From the IMG/VR virus record IMGVR_UViG_3300030107_006392, positions 1 through 57,247 of that record: a stretch of 57,247 bases of DNA. The stretch is one strand, 5' to 3'. This DNA is from a virus. Lineage: Duplodnaviria; Caudoviricetes. A program made the translations under genes and the position numbers. Positions 36,620-44,426 of the stretch are shown here, piece by piece; position 1 is the first letter of the stretch, and every line of letters begins with the position of its first letter. The notes beneath the pieces are model-generated. The model ran no database searches. It had not been told where the DNA came from and saw only the letters and a program-made list of their open reading frames with translations.

Positions 36620-36908
36620 GTTTAAATCAAAACGTGTGCGAGACAAGAAATATCTAGCACACATTCGACAGCTTGGGTGTTTGGTTTGCAGAACGCCTTG
36701 GTGTGGTGACGCTCATCACATAACTTTTGCAGAACCGAATGCTTTAAGCATGAAGGTGGGAGATAACTGGGTAGTTCCTATGTGCAGAAACTGTCACCAT
36801 GACTTGCACATGAATGGAAACGAAAGAAAATTTTGGGAGATCGTTGATCGTGATCCTATCACATGGGCAACAAGAGAATGGAAGGAGTGGAATAGTGGAA
36901 ATACGTGA
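36606..36908 (+). CDS. DUF968/HNH-like Zn-finger nuclease
   Basis: RDKKYL..IR...CLVC......AHH...K..D...VPMC..CH..LH; exact start uncertain. Confidence 0.75.
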   Translation: MTISRFKSKRVRDKKYLAHIRQLGCLVCRTPWCGDAHHITFAEPNALSMKVGDNWVVPMCRNCHHDLHMNGNERKFWEIVDRDPITWATREWKEWNSGNT

Positions 36909-37323
36909 CGCGACATTTACATTTGAGGCACAGCTTCACAGCGTCCTCAATAATATGAAGGCACAGACAGGAGTGATAATAAAATTATTAATCCATCCTG
37001 ACGATGTACCTGTGGGGCTGTTGTCCCACACAACAGCGACTCGCTTTGGTGTGGCGATGGTTGAACTGGATGACCATGAAGAACCAGTCGCACCTAAAGA
37101 AGCAAACCTTGTAGCCAGTGCAAGTATTCTGTGTAGAGAGGGAGCATTCCAGAGACATCTAGGAGTGAATGCAGATAATGTTCAGAAAGGAGAGGGGAGA
37201 ACAAGAGAAAAACTCCGTGAGAAGATAGGTGTTTCTTCTTTATCTGAACTTAAAGAAAACAAAACAGCACAAAGATTATTTCGTGAACTTAAATCAAACT
37301 ATGAGAAGGAATTAGAACTATGA
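36895..37323 (+). CDS. Hypothetical protein
   Basis: GTG 36895 after AAGGAG; A..LC....FQ..L...G..S.SEL..N. Confidence 0.6.
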   Translation: MEIRDATFTFEAQLHSVLNNMKAQTGVIIKLLIHPDDVPVGLLSHTTATRFGVAMVELDDHEEPVAPKEANLVASASILCREGAFQRHLGVNADNVQKGEGRTREKLREKIGVSSLSELKENKTAQRLFRELKSNYEKELEL

Positions 37324-37529
37324 CTTTAGGAAATCACATGGACAGACCATCTAAACTGGAAGAAGAAACAACCAAGTATAGCATTTTGTTGCCTACATAT
37401 ACACTTGATGCTCTCAAAGCTATATCTCAGAGTGAGGAAAGAACTACCGCTACAGTGATACGAAAAGCTTTGCACGAATTTATTATCAAACATCCTGCGC
37501 TTAATCTTACAGGAGAAAACAATGACTGA
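37320..37529 (+). CDS. Ribbon-helix-helix DNA-binding protein
   Basis: KYSILLP...DALK.I...E.RT...VIRKAL.EF. Confidence 0.7.
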   Translation: MTLGNHMDRPSKLEEETTKYSILLPTYTLDALKAISQSEERTTATVIRKALHEFIIKHPALNLTGENND

Positions 37530-37863
37530 AATATATACCCTTTATAGAAGAGATGCTGAGGAGACTAGCATCGAAGCCGCAGAGAAACTTGATACAACTA
37601 AACTGGAAACAATAGTTTTTAACACCATTAAACTATTTCCAAATGGATGTATCAGCGATCAGGTAAGGAAACATTGTGCCCAACACCACAATATTTTTTC
37701 TTATTCCTCTGTTACTGCACGATATAAAGCCCTCAAGGAAAAAGGATTGATTGAATATCTCATGGATGAAGAGGGTAATCATGTGAAACGTGCAGGGAAT
37801 AGTGGAAGAAACCAGAAAGTAATGGTTCTTAAAAAGAAACAAATGGAAATTCATTATGAGTAA
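37522..37863 (+). CDS. Winged-helix protein
   Basis: R....TS.EAA...SSVTARY..L..KGLI...R...SGR.Q.V. Confidence 0.65.
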   Translation: MTEIYTLYRRDAEETSIEAAEKLDTTKLETIVFNTIKLFPNGCISDQVRKHCAQHHNIFSYSSVTARYKALKEKGLIEYLMDEEGNHVKRAGNSGRNQKVMVLKKKQMEIHYE

Positions 37864-38305
37864 AACAAAAACAACGCACATACTTTATCGTATGTGGAAT
37901 GCTAAAGAGGAACTCATATACATTGGTATTTCTAGATCGGCAATTGTTCGATTAAGTCAGCATCAACAAACAAAAGAATGGGCTACGGAAATCCATAACA
38001 TAACTTTGGAGTATTTTTATAGTAGAGAATTATGTAAACTTGCAGAAACTAAAGCAATCAAATCAGAAAAACCAAAGTATAACATAGTTCATAATCAGAA
38101 TTGGGATTATATTCCGCAACGAATAATAGAGATGCCAATGCCTTCTATTGAGTCTCTCAATGAAGAGCGTAAAGAATTGTTATCTGCAATGGAAAAGGCT
38201 AGTTCGGACAAGGTTCCTTATTGGCCTGAGTATATTGATTACCTTTACAGTGAGAAGATTCGTTTAGACAAACTTGAACAGCATCTTATTCGGTTTAAAA
38301 AATGA
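37856..38305 (+). CDS. GIY-YIG nuclease family protein
   Basis: LYRM......IYIGIS.....RL.QH...E..AI..EKPKYN. Confidence 0.8.
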   Translation: MSKTKTTHILYRMWNAKEELIYIGISRSAIVRLSQHQQTKEWATEIHNITLEYFYSRELCKLAETKAIKSEKPKYNIVHNQNWDYIPQRIIEMPMPSIESLNEERKELLSAMEKASSDKVPYWPEYIDYLYSEKIRLDKLEQHLIRFKK

Positions 38306-38571
38306 TGACAATTAAAACTGGAGTGAGTGAAATGAACAAAAAAATTTCCCGACCAAGACTTACCAACAAGGTAATTGAAGCTCTTAGAGATGCGTCTACC
38401 GTTTTAGATGCTCAACTTATGGTAATGACACAATATGATAATGATGATTCATACTTTGACACAGAAATTCGCCCACATTCTGATAAGGAAGAAGTAGCTA
38501 CACTAGATAGGGCGACAAAATATATTGATGATCTTATAAAGTGGCATCGTTTAAAAAATGATCACAATTAA
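38302..38571 (+). CDS. Hypothetical protein flanked by 29-bp direct repeats
   Basis: ORF track; start may be at the internal MNKK. Confidence 0.55.
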   Translation: MMTIKTGVSEMNKKISRPRLTNKVIEALRDASTVLDAQLMVMTQYDNDDSYFDTEIRPHSDKEEVATLDRATKYIDDLIKWHRLKNDHN

Positions 38572-39586
38572 AACTGGCGATTGCCGTGATGTATTAAAGG
38601 AGATACCTGACCAAACCTTTAACTGTGTAGTTACCTCTCCCCCTTACTGGGGACTGCGTGACTACAACACAGGGACATGGGAAGGTGGTGATCCTAATTG
38701 CCCTCACAAACGCCTATCTAAAATCAGCAAGGATACATCGACAGGACATCTGGCTATGCATGATCAGGGAGATGTGGTGGGAGATGCTATATATAAAAAG
38801 AAGTGTCCACTGTGTGGGGCAGTAAGAAAAGATAAACAAGTAGGACTAGAAGAAAGCCCACACGATTATGTAAAGAATATGGTTAACATTTTTAAAGAGA
38901 TCAAGCGTGTGCTCCGTGACGATGGAACTGTATGGTTAAACTTGGGGGATACTTACTCATCATATAAGGACAGCAAGTCTGTATCACAGACAGTAGCTAA
39001 AGGAACCTTGTCCGAAGAAGCACACATTATGGAAACAAACCATAGCCGTAACATGCATCTGTTAAAGAGAGCAGGGTTTAAGAATAAAGAACTTATTGGA
39101 ATACCTTGGCGTGTTGCGTTTGCTCTGCAAGAAGATGGCTGGTATTTAAGACAGGATATTATTTGGAGCAAACCTAACCCCATGCCTGAGAGTGTGAAGG
39201 ATAGATGCACCAAGTCACATGAGTATATTTTTTTATTAACAAAACAATCTCATTATTATTTTAATCCGCTTACAGAAAACAACGGCACAGAAATTAAAAA
39301 CAAAAGAAGTGTTTGGAATATAACGCCTGCTTCATTGAAAGAAACACACTTCGCTGTGTTCCCTACATCTTTAGTAGAGCCATGTATCTTAGCTGGATGC
39401 CCCGAAGATGGTAATGTATTAGACCCATTTGGTGGGGCGGGAACTACTGCATTAGTTGCAGATAGATTGAAAAGAAATGCAACAATAATTGAACTCAATC
39501 CTAAGTATATAAATATTGCAGAGAAAAGAATTAACAATGACGCTCCATTGTTTACAACTTTAACAGTCGAAAAGGGAGTAAGTTAA
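38558..39586 (+). CDS. Beta-class N4-cytosine/N6-adenine DNA methyltransferase
   Basis: GDC, VTSPPYW, IIWSKPN, HEYIF, HFAVFP, VLDPFGGAGTT. Confidence 0.92.
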   Translation: MITIKTGDCRDVLKEIPDQTFNCVVTSPPYWGLRDYNTGTWEGGDPNCPHKRLSKISKDTSTGHLAMHDQGDVVGDAIYKKKCPLCGAVRKDKQVGLEESPHDYVKNMVNIFKEIKRVLRDDGTVWLNLGDTYSSYKDSKSVSQTVAKGTLSEEAHIMETNHSRNMHLLKRAGFKNKELIGIPWRVAFALQEDGWYLRQDIIWSKPNPMPESVKDRCTKSHEYIFLLTKQSHYYFNPLTENNGTEIKNKRSVWNITPASLKETHFAVFPTSLVEPCILAGCPEDGNVLDPFGGAGTTALVADRLKRNATIIELNPKYINIAEKRINNDAPLFTTLTVEKGVS

Positions 39587-39589
39587 ACA

Positions 39590-39763
39590 ATGAAAAATAT
39601 TTCTACATCTAAAAAGCTAAAAGAGTTTCATAGAAATAAAATAAAATTTCCAGAAGTAAACAAAGCTGTGTTCGATGAAAGAATGGCTGAGAAAAAAAGA
39701 AGGTTCGATGAACCTGGAATGGAGATCAAATATAAAAAGAGCTTATCTAATAATGATAAATAA
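39590..39763 (+). CDS. Hypothetical protein, 57 aa
   Basis: RBS GGGAG; hand translation MKNISTSKKLKEF... Confidence 0.45.
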   Translation: MKNISTSKKLKEFHRNKIKFPEVNKAVFDERMAEKKRRFDEPGMEIKYKKSLSNNDK

Positions 39764-39920
39764 AAAAAAAGAATGTCCTACTTGTGATGGAACAGGCCGT
39801 GTTATGTCAGAAGAAATTAGTTTTATGCCACAAAATTATGACAGGTTTGCCGAACCTGTATACGAGGAAGTAGAAATAGAATGCCCTGACTGTGAGTCGT
39901 TTATTTTATTTATTTTTTAA
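39753..39920 (+). CDS. DnaJ-type Zn-finger mini-protein
   Basis: CPTCDGTG...CPDC. Confidence 0.6.
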   Translation: MINKKKECPTCDGTGRVMSEEISFMPQNYDRFAEPVYEEVEIECPDCESFILFIF

Positions 39921-39924
39921 AAAG

Positions 39925-39993
39925 TTATCCACAAGCAAAAATGCAACCAAGCGTTTTTTTAAAAAAAATTCTCATTTTATTTTCAATAAGTTA
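39925..39993. promoter_or_regulatory. Consensus DnaA box plus IHF-like site in an AT-rich gap
   Basis: TTATCCACA 39925-39933; TTTCAATAAGTTA 39981-39993. Confidence 0.45.
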
Positions 39994-40046
39994 TTTTTTT
40001 GAAATGCCGTTTTTGGTTGGTTTCTGCGATTTTCAAAAACCCAATA

Positions 40047-40055
40047 TGTTATAAT
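40047..40055 (+). promoter_or_regulatory. Extended -10 promoter
   Basis: TG-T-TATAAT. Confidence 0.6.
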
Positions 40056-40152
40056 AGTAAAAATAGTCGAGGAACCAACCTCGATACTTGCTGAATGTCA
40101 TTTTAAATATAGAGCCGTGTTGCCGTAGCCTTAACCATGAAAGGATAAGACT

Positions 40153-40710
40153 ATGAGAAACAAACACGTTTGGGATGCGGTCAACAATGTTTGGCCTAAA
40201 GACGTTAATCTTGTTCCAACTGAGCGTGAAGCCGTGATAGGCGTTAAACGTCTTTATAAAAAATTTATGGGACACGCTTGGTCTGGCGAAATTAAAATAA
40301 CGTCTGGAAACCGACACACTTGGATAAGACGAAACACTTTATCCATAAACCCCGATCACGGATATTATGGTGGTTGGCGTGATATTGTGCATGGTCTTTC
40401 GCATTATATTTTTATGCGACAAAACCCAAACCTTAAACCACATAACCCAAAACAAGCCTATCTTGAAAGAGCAATAGCTGAGTATGTTGTTGCATCTGGT
40501 TTTCTTGAAGGCCGACACGTTAGGCCACTAAAAGAAAAACCAAAAATATCTTTTAAAGAAAAACCAAAAATATCTTTGGTTGAAAAACGATCTAATCATG
40601 CCAAAGATATGCTGAAAAAACATCAAGATAACTTAAAGCGCACCGCAAAACTTGTCACAAAATGGCAGAAAAAAGTGCGTTACTACGAAAAACGAAACGC
40701 CCCAAGCTGA
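40153..40710 (+). CDS. Basic zincin-like protein (HxxxH...H) in its own transcription unit
   Basis: RBS AAGGA; DIVHGLSH...KPH. Confidence 0.7.
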   Translation: MRNKHVWDAVNNVWPKDVNLVPTEREAVIGVKRLYKKFMGHAWSGEIKITSGNRHTWIRRNTLSINPDHGYYGGWRDIVHGLSHYIFMRQNPNLKPHNPKQAYLERAIAEYVVASGFLEGRHVRPLKEKPKISFKEKPKISLVEKRSNHAKDMLKKHQDNLKRTAKLVTKWQKKVRYYEKRNAPS

Positions 40711-40806
40711 CACTTGGAACGCTTCTAAGAAATAACACTAAACACCGCTACAGTACACGGCTCTTTATTTATAATTGTTACCCTATCAAATGTAAACCTT
40801 GAACAG

Positions 40807-41346
40807 TTATTTGTGGTGATAAGCCCACGATAGATACCAGTATATTCCCCCCACTACTAATAATATTATTATTGTTTTCCCACCTTCAACAAAAATTTTA
40901 TCCCAAAATGCTTTATCTGCCTTAGCTTTTTTCTTAGCTTTCTCCATAGCCAATGCATCTCTTTCTTTCTTAGCACGAATCCTTTCTTCCCGAACCTTGA
41001 GGATTTCGTCCCAAGTACTAGGACCATACTTGTTATTAAGCATGACCTTTAAATTTCTCATTTGAGCATCAAGAAGTTTTTGATGAACGACAGTATCCAT
41101 TGCCGCCGCCATTGAGGTCTCATCATTAGTATCCTCTTCAGTTTTCCTACTGAAGAAAGACAACATGCCTTTATCTTTTTTCTTATCTTGTTCCTTTAAT
41201 TTTTTTTCAAGGGCATCTTTATGATTAAAAACTGTATTGATTTGATTGGCGATTTCAGAAATATCTTTGGCAGTATCCATGCCAGATTTAACAGCAGAAA
41301 CAGCAGCCTTCAATCCTGCAGCTATGGCAACGACTTCAACTACCAT
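40807..41346 (-). CDS. Coiled-coil membrane-anchored protein
   Basis: RBS GGAG before MVVEV; C-terminal TM helix. Confidence 0.6.
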   Translation of the reverse strand: MVVEVVAIAAGLKAAVSAVKSGMDTAKDISEIANQINTVFNHKDALEKKLKEQDKKKDKGMLSFFSRKTEEDTNDETSMAAAMDTVVHQKLLDAQMRNLKVMLNNKYGPSTWDEILKVREERIRAKKERDALAMEKAKKKAKADKAFWDKIFVEGGKTIIILLVVGGIYWYLSWAYHHK

Positions 41347-41450
41347 GATCTTTGCTCCACATTTTTCTCCACAACCATGAATCAAAACGCCCCAATATAC
41401 GAGATAACCAATACATAAAAGGAGAATGCCAAAGCCAGTGGTTATATCTT

Positions 41451-41900
41451 CTATAACTTGCCATTGCTCAAACCTCTTTGTTTGTCTTTTAACTTTTCAA
41501 CGTCCTGTCTCAAAGCCTGTACGTCTTCCTGTAACCGCTTAATGTTAACACCGTTACTCATGCCCTGTTCTAATCGGGACTGTATTTTTTCTACTTGTTT
41601 ACCAAGATGTTCAATTAACATGAACTGCTCCCCATCAGCAGGGGGCTGACCAAGTTCTCCCCTAGGCCATTTAATTCGGAACTCGTTGTTCTTTTCTATG
41701 TCTGCTTTTAATTCGTTTATACCTGTGTTTAAATCTTTCTGAACTAACTGCTCAAAGGTTTCTAATCTATTAAGTCTTTCTACCACCCCGAAGTAACTCC
41801 ATACACCCACACCAACAGCTAACACAATAGAAATAAGATTGCGTACAGGCATAGAGATAGCAGTGCTATCACTCATACTCACAGGTTTATCAACCATCAT
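41451..41900 (-). CDS. TM plus coiled-coil protein (spanin-like position)
   Basis: ISMPVRNLI..TM..KWPRGE.G..PAD.EQ.MLIE. Confidence 0.55.
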   Translation of the reverse strand: MMVDKPVSMSDSTAISMPVRNLISIVLAVGVGVWSYFGVVERLNRLETFEQLVQKDLNTGINELKADIEKNNEFRIKWPRGELGQPPADGEQFMLIEHLGKQVEKIQSRLEQGMSNGVNIKRLQEDVQALRQDVEKLKDKQRGLSNGKL

Positions 41901-42202
41901 TCATTCCCAAGATGTTCCACAGGCAACCATTTTTTTCCGATTACCCCACCGTCAAATTTCTTGAGTACCAGTCTACCTTTCTTACATTCCCACCGCACCC
42001 CTGCGCCACCTTGGGATCTCATGATCTTGCGTTTAACTTTCAGGCATTCACTCATCCCACCTCGTGGGGTGTACTCCTTCAGTTGTCCACTAAGAAACAT
42101 GTGAAGTATCCATCCTGAGAATACTTTCTCTTCAGCGAAAGAAGAATTAATTTTGCCAAAAGATATGGTACAACAAAAGACCAATAATAATAATCTTGCC
42201 AT
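41897..42202 (-). CDS. Secreted-type hypothetical protein
   Basis: Signal-like N-terminus; SECL..KR...C. Confidence 0.5.
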   Translation of the reverse strand: MARLLLLVFCCTISFGKINSSFAEEKVFSGWILHMFLSGQLKEYTPRGGMSECLKVKRKIMRSQGGAGVRWECKKGRLVLKKFDGGVIGKKWLPVEHLGNE

Positions 42203-42268
42203 AATCTATATTCCATATTGAATTGTTACCACCGAATGTGTTTTCCCACCATATTAAAATTTTGTCCA

Positions 42269-42430
42269 TTATTTCCCCACCTTTTTCATTGCGTTTTTAT
42301 GTGCTTGAGTAAATGTTTTACCCGCCCTCATATCATTACGCATCATTGCCATGTGTTTGGAGCTATGATGTTTACTATGTTCTTTAAGAGAATCTATTTG
42401 ACGTTGTGTTAGTTTTTTTCTTTTAATCAT
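42269..42430 (-). CDS. Small basic His-rich protein, 53 aa
   Basis: Hand translation ...LTQRQ...HSKHHSSKHM..M...M..G.TF.QAHK.A.KKVGK. Confidence 0.6.
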   Translation of the reverse strand: MIKRKKLTQRQIDSLKEHSKHHSSKHMAMMRNDMRAGKTFTQAHKNAMKKVGK

Positions 42431-42809
42431 TTCTAAACTTTCTTGTTTTTTTAGCTATCTTCTTAGGTTGTTTAACATATTGCTTCCCTGCTTTCGTTCC
42501 TTTTCTTTTTGCTCTAGTGGTGGAAGCATACTCTTTAGATGACAAAGACTTTATAGCTTTTTCTGGAAGATATCTTTCTCCTGTTTTACTGGAAGGTTTA
42601 CCAGATTTAGTTTTCCATTTTTGTTTAGTCCATTTAGAAAGTTTATTAGTGGATTTCTTTTTTCCTGAGTACGTTCCACCAGCATCCTTATAATACTTAG
42701 TAGCTAATTGCATAGCTCTAGCACTATGCTTACCTCCCATTTTTGCTTTTGCCTTTGCCTTTGCCCTAGCCCATTTAGCAGGGTCACGCTTTTTTGCTAC
42801 ACTCATCAA
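42423..42809 (-). CDS. Basic protein, DUF5872-like
   Basis: SARAMQLA.K.YK.AGG.Y, L.KWTKQKW.T.SGK...ERYLP.KA. Confidence 0.7.
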   Translation of the reverse strand: MMSVAKKRDPAKWARAKAKAKAKMGGKHSARAMQLATKYYKDAGGTYSGKKKSTNKLSKWTKQKWKTKSGKPSSKTGERYLPEKAIKSLSSKEYASTTRAKRKGTKAGKQYVKQPKKIAKKTRKFRND

Positions 42810-42818
42810 ACATTTCCC

Positions 42819-43067
42819 TTACCACTTTTTACAACTCCAATACCTAGCACTCAATTTACTTGGAGGACTAGTGTCACACTTATGTCTAGCTCTAAAAGAT
42901 TTTCTACGTTTCGGCTGATCTTTCTTGATGCTCATGTTAGGATCACCAAACCTAATTAATTTTACTTGATTGTTTTGTTTTGCTAATACCGCAAATTTTT
43001 TATTTTTCTTTGGAGTTCTTTTTGGTTTGTTGTACCCACTAAACTTCTCGCCTCTATATTCTATCAT
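42819..43067 (-). CDS. Small basic conserved phage protein
   Basis: IRFGD.NM......RRKSFRARHKC.....SARYWSC..W. Confidence 0.7.
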   Translation of the reverse strand: MIEYRGEKFSGYNKPKRTPKKNKKFAVLAKQNNQVKLIRFGDPNMSIKKDQPKRRKSFRARHKCDTSPPSKLSARYWSCKKW

Positions 43068-43402
43068 TTGTTTTTCCCATTTGATTTCATAGCTGAAAAC
43101 CCCATGTATGCACCCACTACTCCTGCCATGGAAACATAGAAAAGACTAGAAAGATTCCCCAGTAACTGGACACGGTCATCAGGAACAATAGGCAAAAACA
43201 CAAAGACAGTAAAAACAAGCATGGATACAAGAGCAACCCATGCCATATGTCTTTGAGCATCAGCCTTTTCCTCGATGGTTTCTTGTTCATGCATGGCTGT
43301 GACTGCGGAGAGTTCCACATCGCTAACCACACCGTCTCCGTCCAGATCATATTGTGCATACTCACTTTTGTTCTGTAGTTTTTTCTGCTCTTTCCCCATC
43401 AC
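43064..43402 (-). CDS. EF-hand-like plus two-TM membrane protein (holin-like)
   Basis: DLDGDGVVSDVE loop; two hydrophobic helices; lysis region. Confidence 0.6.
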   Translation of the reverse strand: MMGKEQKKLQNKSEYAQYDLDGDGVVSDVELSAVTAMHEQETIEEKADAQRHMAWVALVSMLVFTVFVFLPIVPDDRVQLLGNLSSLFYVSMAGVVGAYMGFSAMKSNGKNK

Positions 43403-43517
43403 AACAATCCATCACTGGCCTATGACATGAGTTACATTCATAGTGCGATTTAACAAACAACATGTGTCCATATTGACCACACCAAGGACACAAAAATTCT
43501 TCACCTTCAGGTATCAC
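43362..43517 (-). CDS. Small Cys-rich Zn-finger protein, 51 aa
   Basis: Hand translation CPWCG...HYECNSC...DCCDGE. Confidence 0.6.
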   Translation of the reverse strand: MIPEGEEFLCPWCGQYGHMLFVKSHYECNSCHRPVMDCCDGERAEKTTEQK

Positions 43518-43959
43518 AAAGAAACAAGGCTTTTTCTGCAGCCCTCCTCCTCACTAATCCAGCAAGTATTCTTCCTCCAGCCCTTCGCCATTTAGGAAAC
43601 TCTGATGCTACCATTTCTCTAGGAGCATTCCTGTTTAAAAGGGAACGAAGTGTGCTGCTTTGCAACCTGCCGCTACCTAAGTTATATACAAAAGAAACGA
43701 GACTGCTAAATTCATTATTGTTTAATCGGACTTTAATGAGTCTATCAACTGCTTTTTCGCTATTATTGATTTCTCGTAGAAGTAACTCCTCGGCTTCTGC
43801 TTCATCAATCGGGGCGTGAGATAAGGTGACACGACTGCCGTCAAAGGTGCGAGTACTGCCGAACCCAATAGTCGCAACATTTGCTGAACACAGGTACGGG
43901 GCAGAACGAAATCCTTCAAACAGTTTTATTATCTGCAAACCCCGTTCATTTATATTCAT
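43507..43959 (-). CDS. Endolysin, GH24 lysozyme
   Basis: FEG...PY.C.A...TIGFG (the usual Asp position is Cys/Ser), SFVYNLG, GLVRRRAAE..LF. Confidence 0.9.
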   Translation of the reverse strand: MNINERGLQIIKLFEGFRSAPYLCSANVATIGFGSTRTFDGSRVTLSHAPIDEAEAEELLLREINNSEKAVDRLIKVRLNNNEFSSLVSFVYNLGSGRLQSSTLRSLLNRNAPREMVASEFPKWRRAGGRILAGLVRRRAAEKALFLCDT

Positions 43960-44405
43960 TTACTTCCACGAGCTATTGCTCTTCCTCCAAACCAAAACGA
44001 TATGACCGCTGCAAACAAGGCTTTTGTTTCTTCATCCCAAACGGCATTGAGAGCATCAAGACCGCTGACTCCTGATGCGGTGAGCGCCAAGTAAGCTGAG
44101 ATTTCGACAAAACAAAACAACATGAAGAAAGCGTAAGTAATAACAGGACGGACACTACCACGCAGACCATCGACCCACTTGACCCCAGTCGGTTGCATGG
44201 ATTTATGGAGCGATTCAATTTCTCTAATGTCTGCCTCCACATTGATAGCCTCCAGTTTCTGTGATGCTAACTCTTTTTGTTGACGTATCTGAACATCCAT
44301 TACTGCAAGTTCATGTTTTTTATCTGACTTGTCTTGAAAGTAGTCCATAACTTTGGGCAAAAAAGAAGTACCAAAGCCCATTAAAGACCCAAGTAAACTT
44401 AACAT
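43956..44405 (-). CDS. Holin (3TM, GTA-holin-like)
   Basis: W...LRGSVRP.ITY, FWFG.R; directly upstream of the lysozyme. Confidence 0.75.
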   Translation of the reverse strand: MLSLLGSLMGFGTSFLPKVMDYFQDKSDKKHELAVMDVQIRQQKELASQKLEAINVEADIREIESLHKSMQPTGVKWVDGLRGSVRPVITYAFFMLFCFVEISAYLALTASGVSGLDALNAVWDEETKALFAAVISFWFGGRAIARGSK

Positions 44406-44426
44406 ACGTGCCTCCTTATTAATCTT

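Noticed and set aside
40531-40577. 24-bp tandem duplication (also one at ~232-279) as a regulatory repeat
   Set aside because: Simple in-frame slippage duplications within coding sequence
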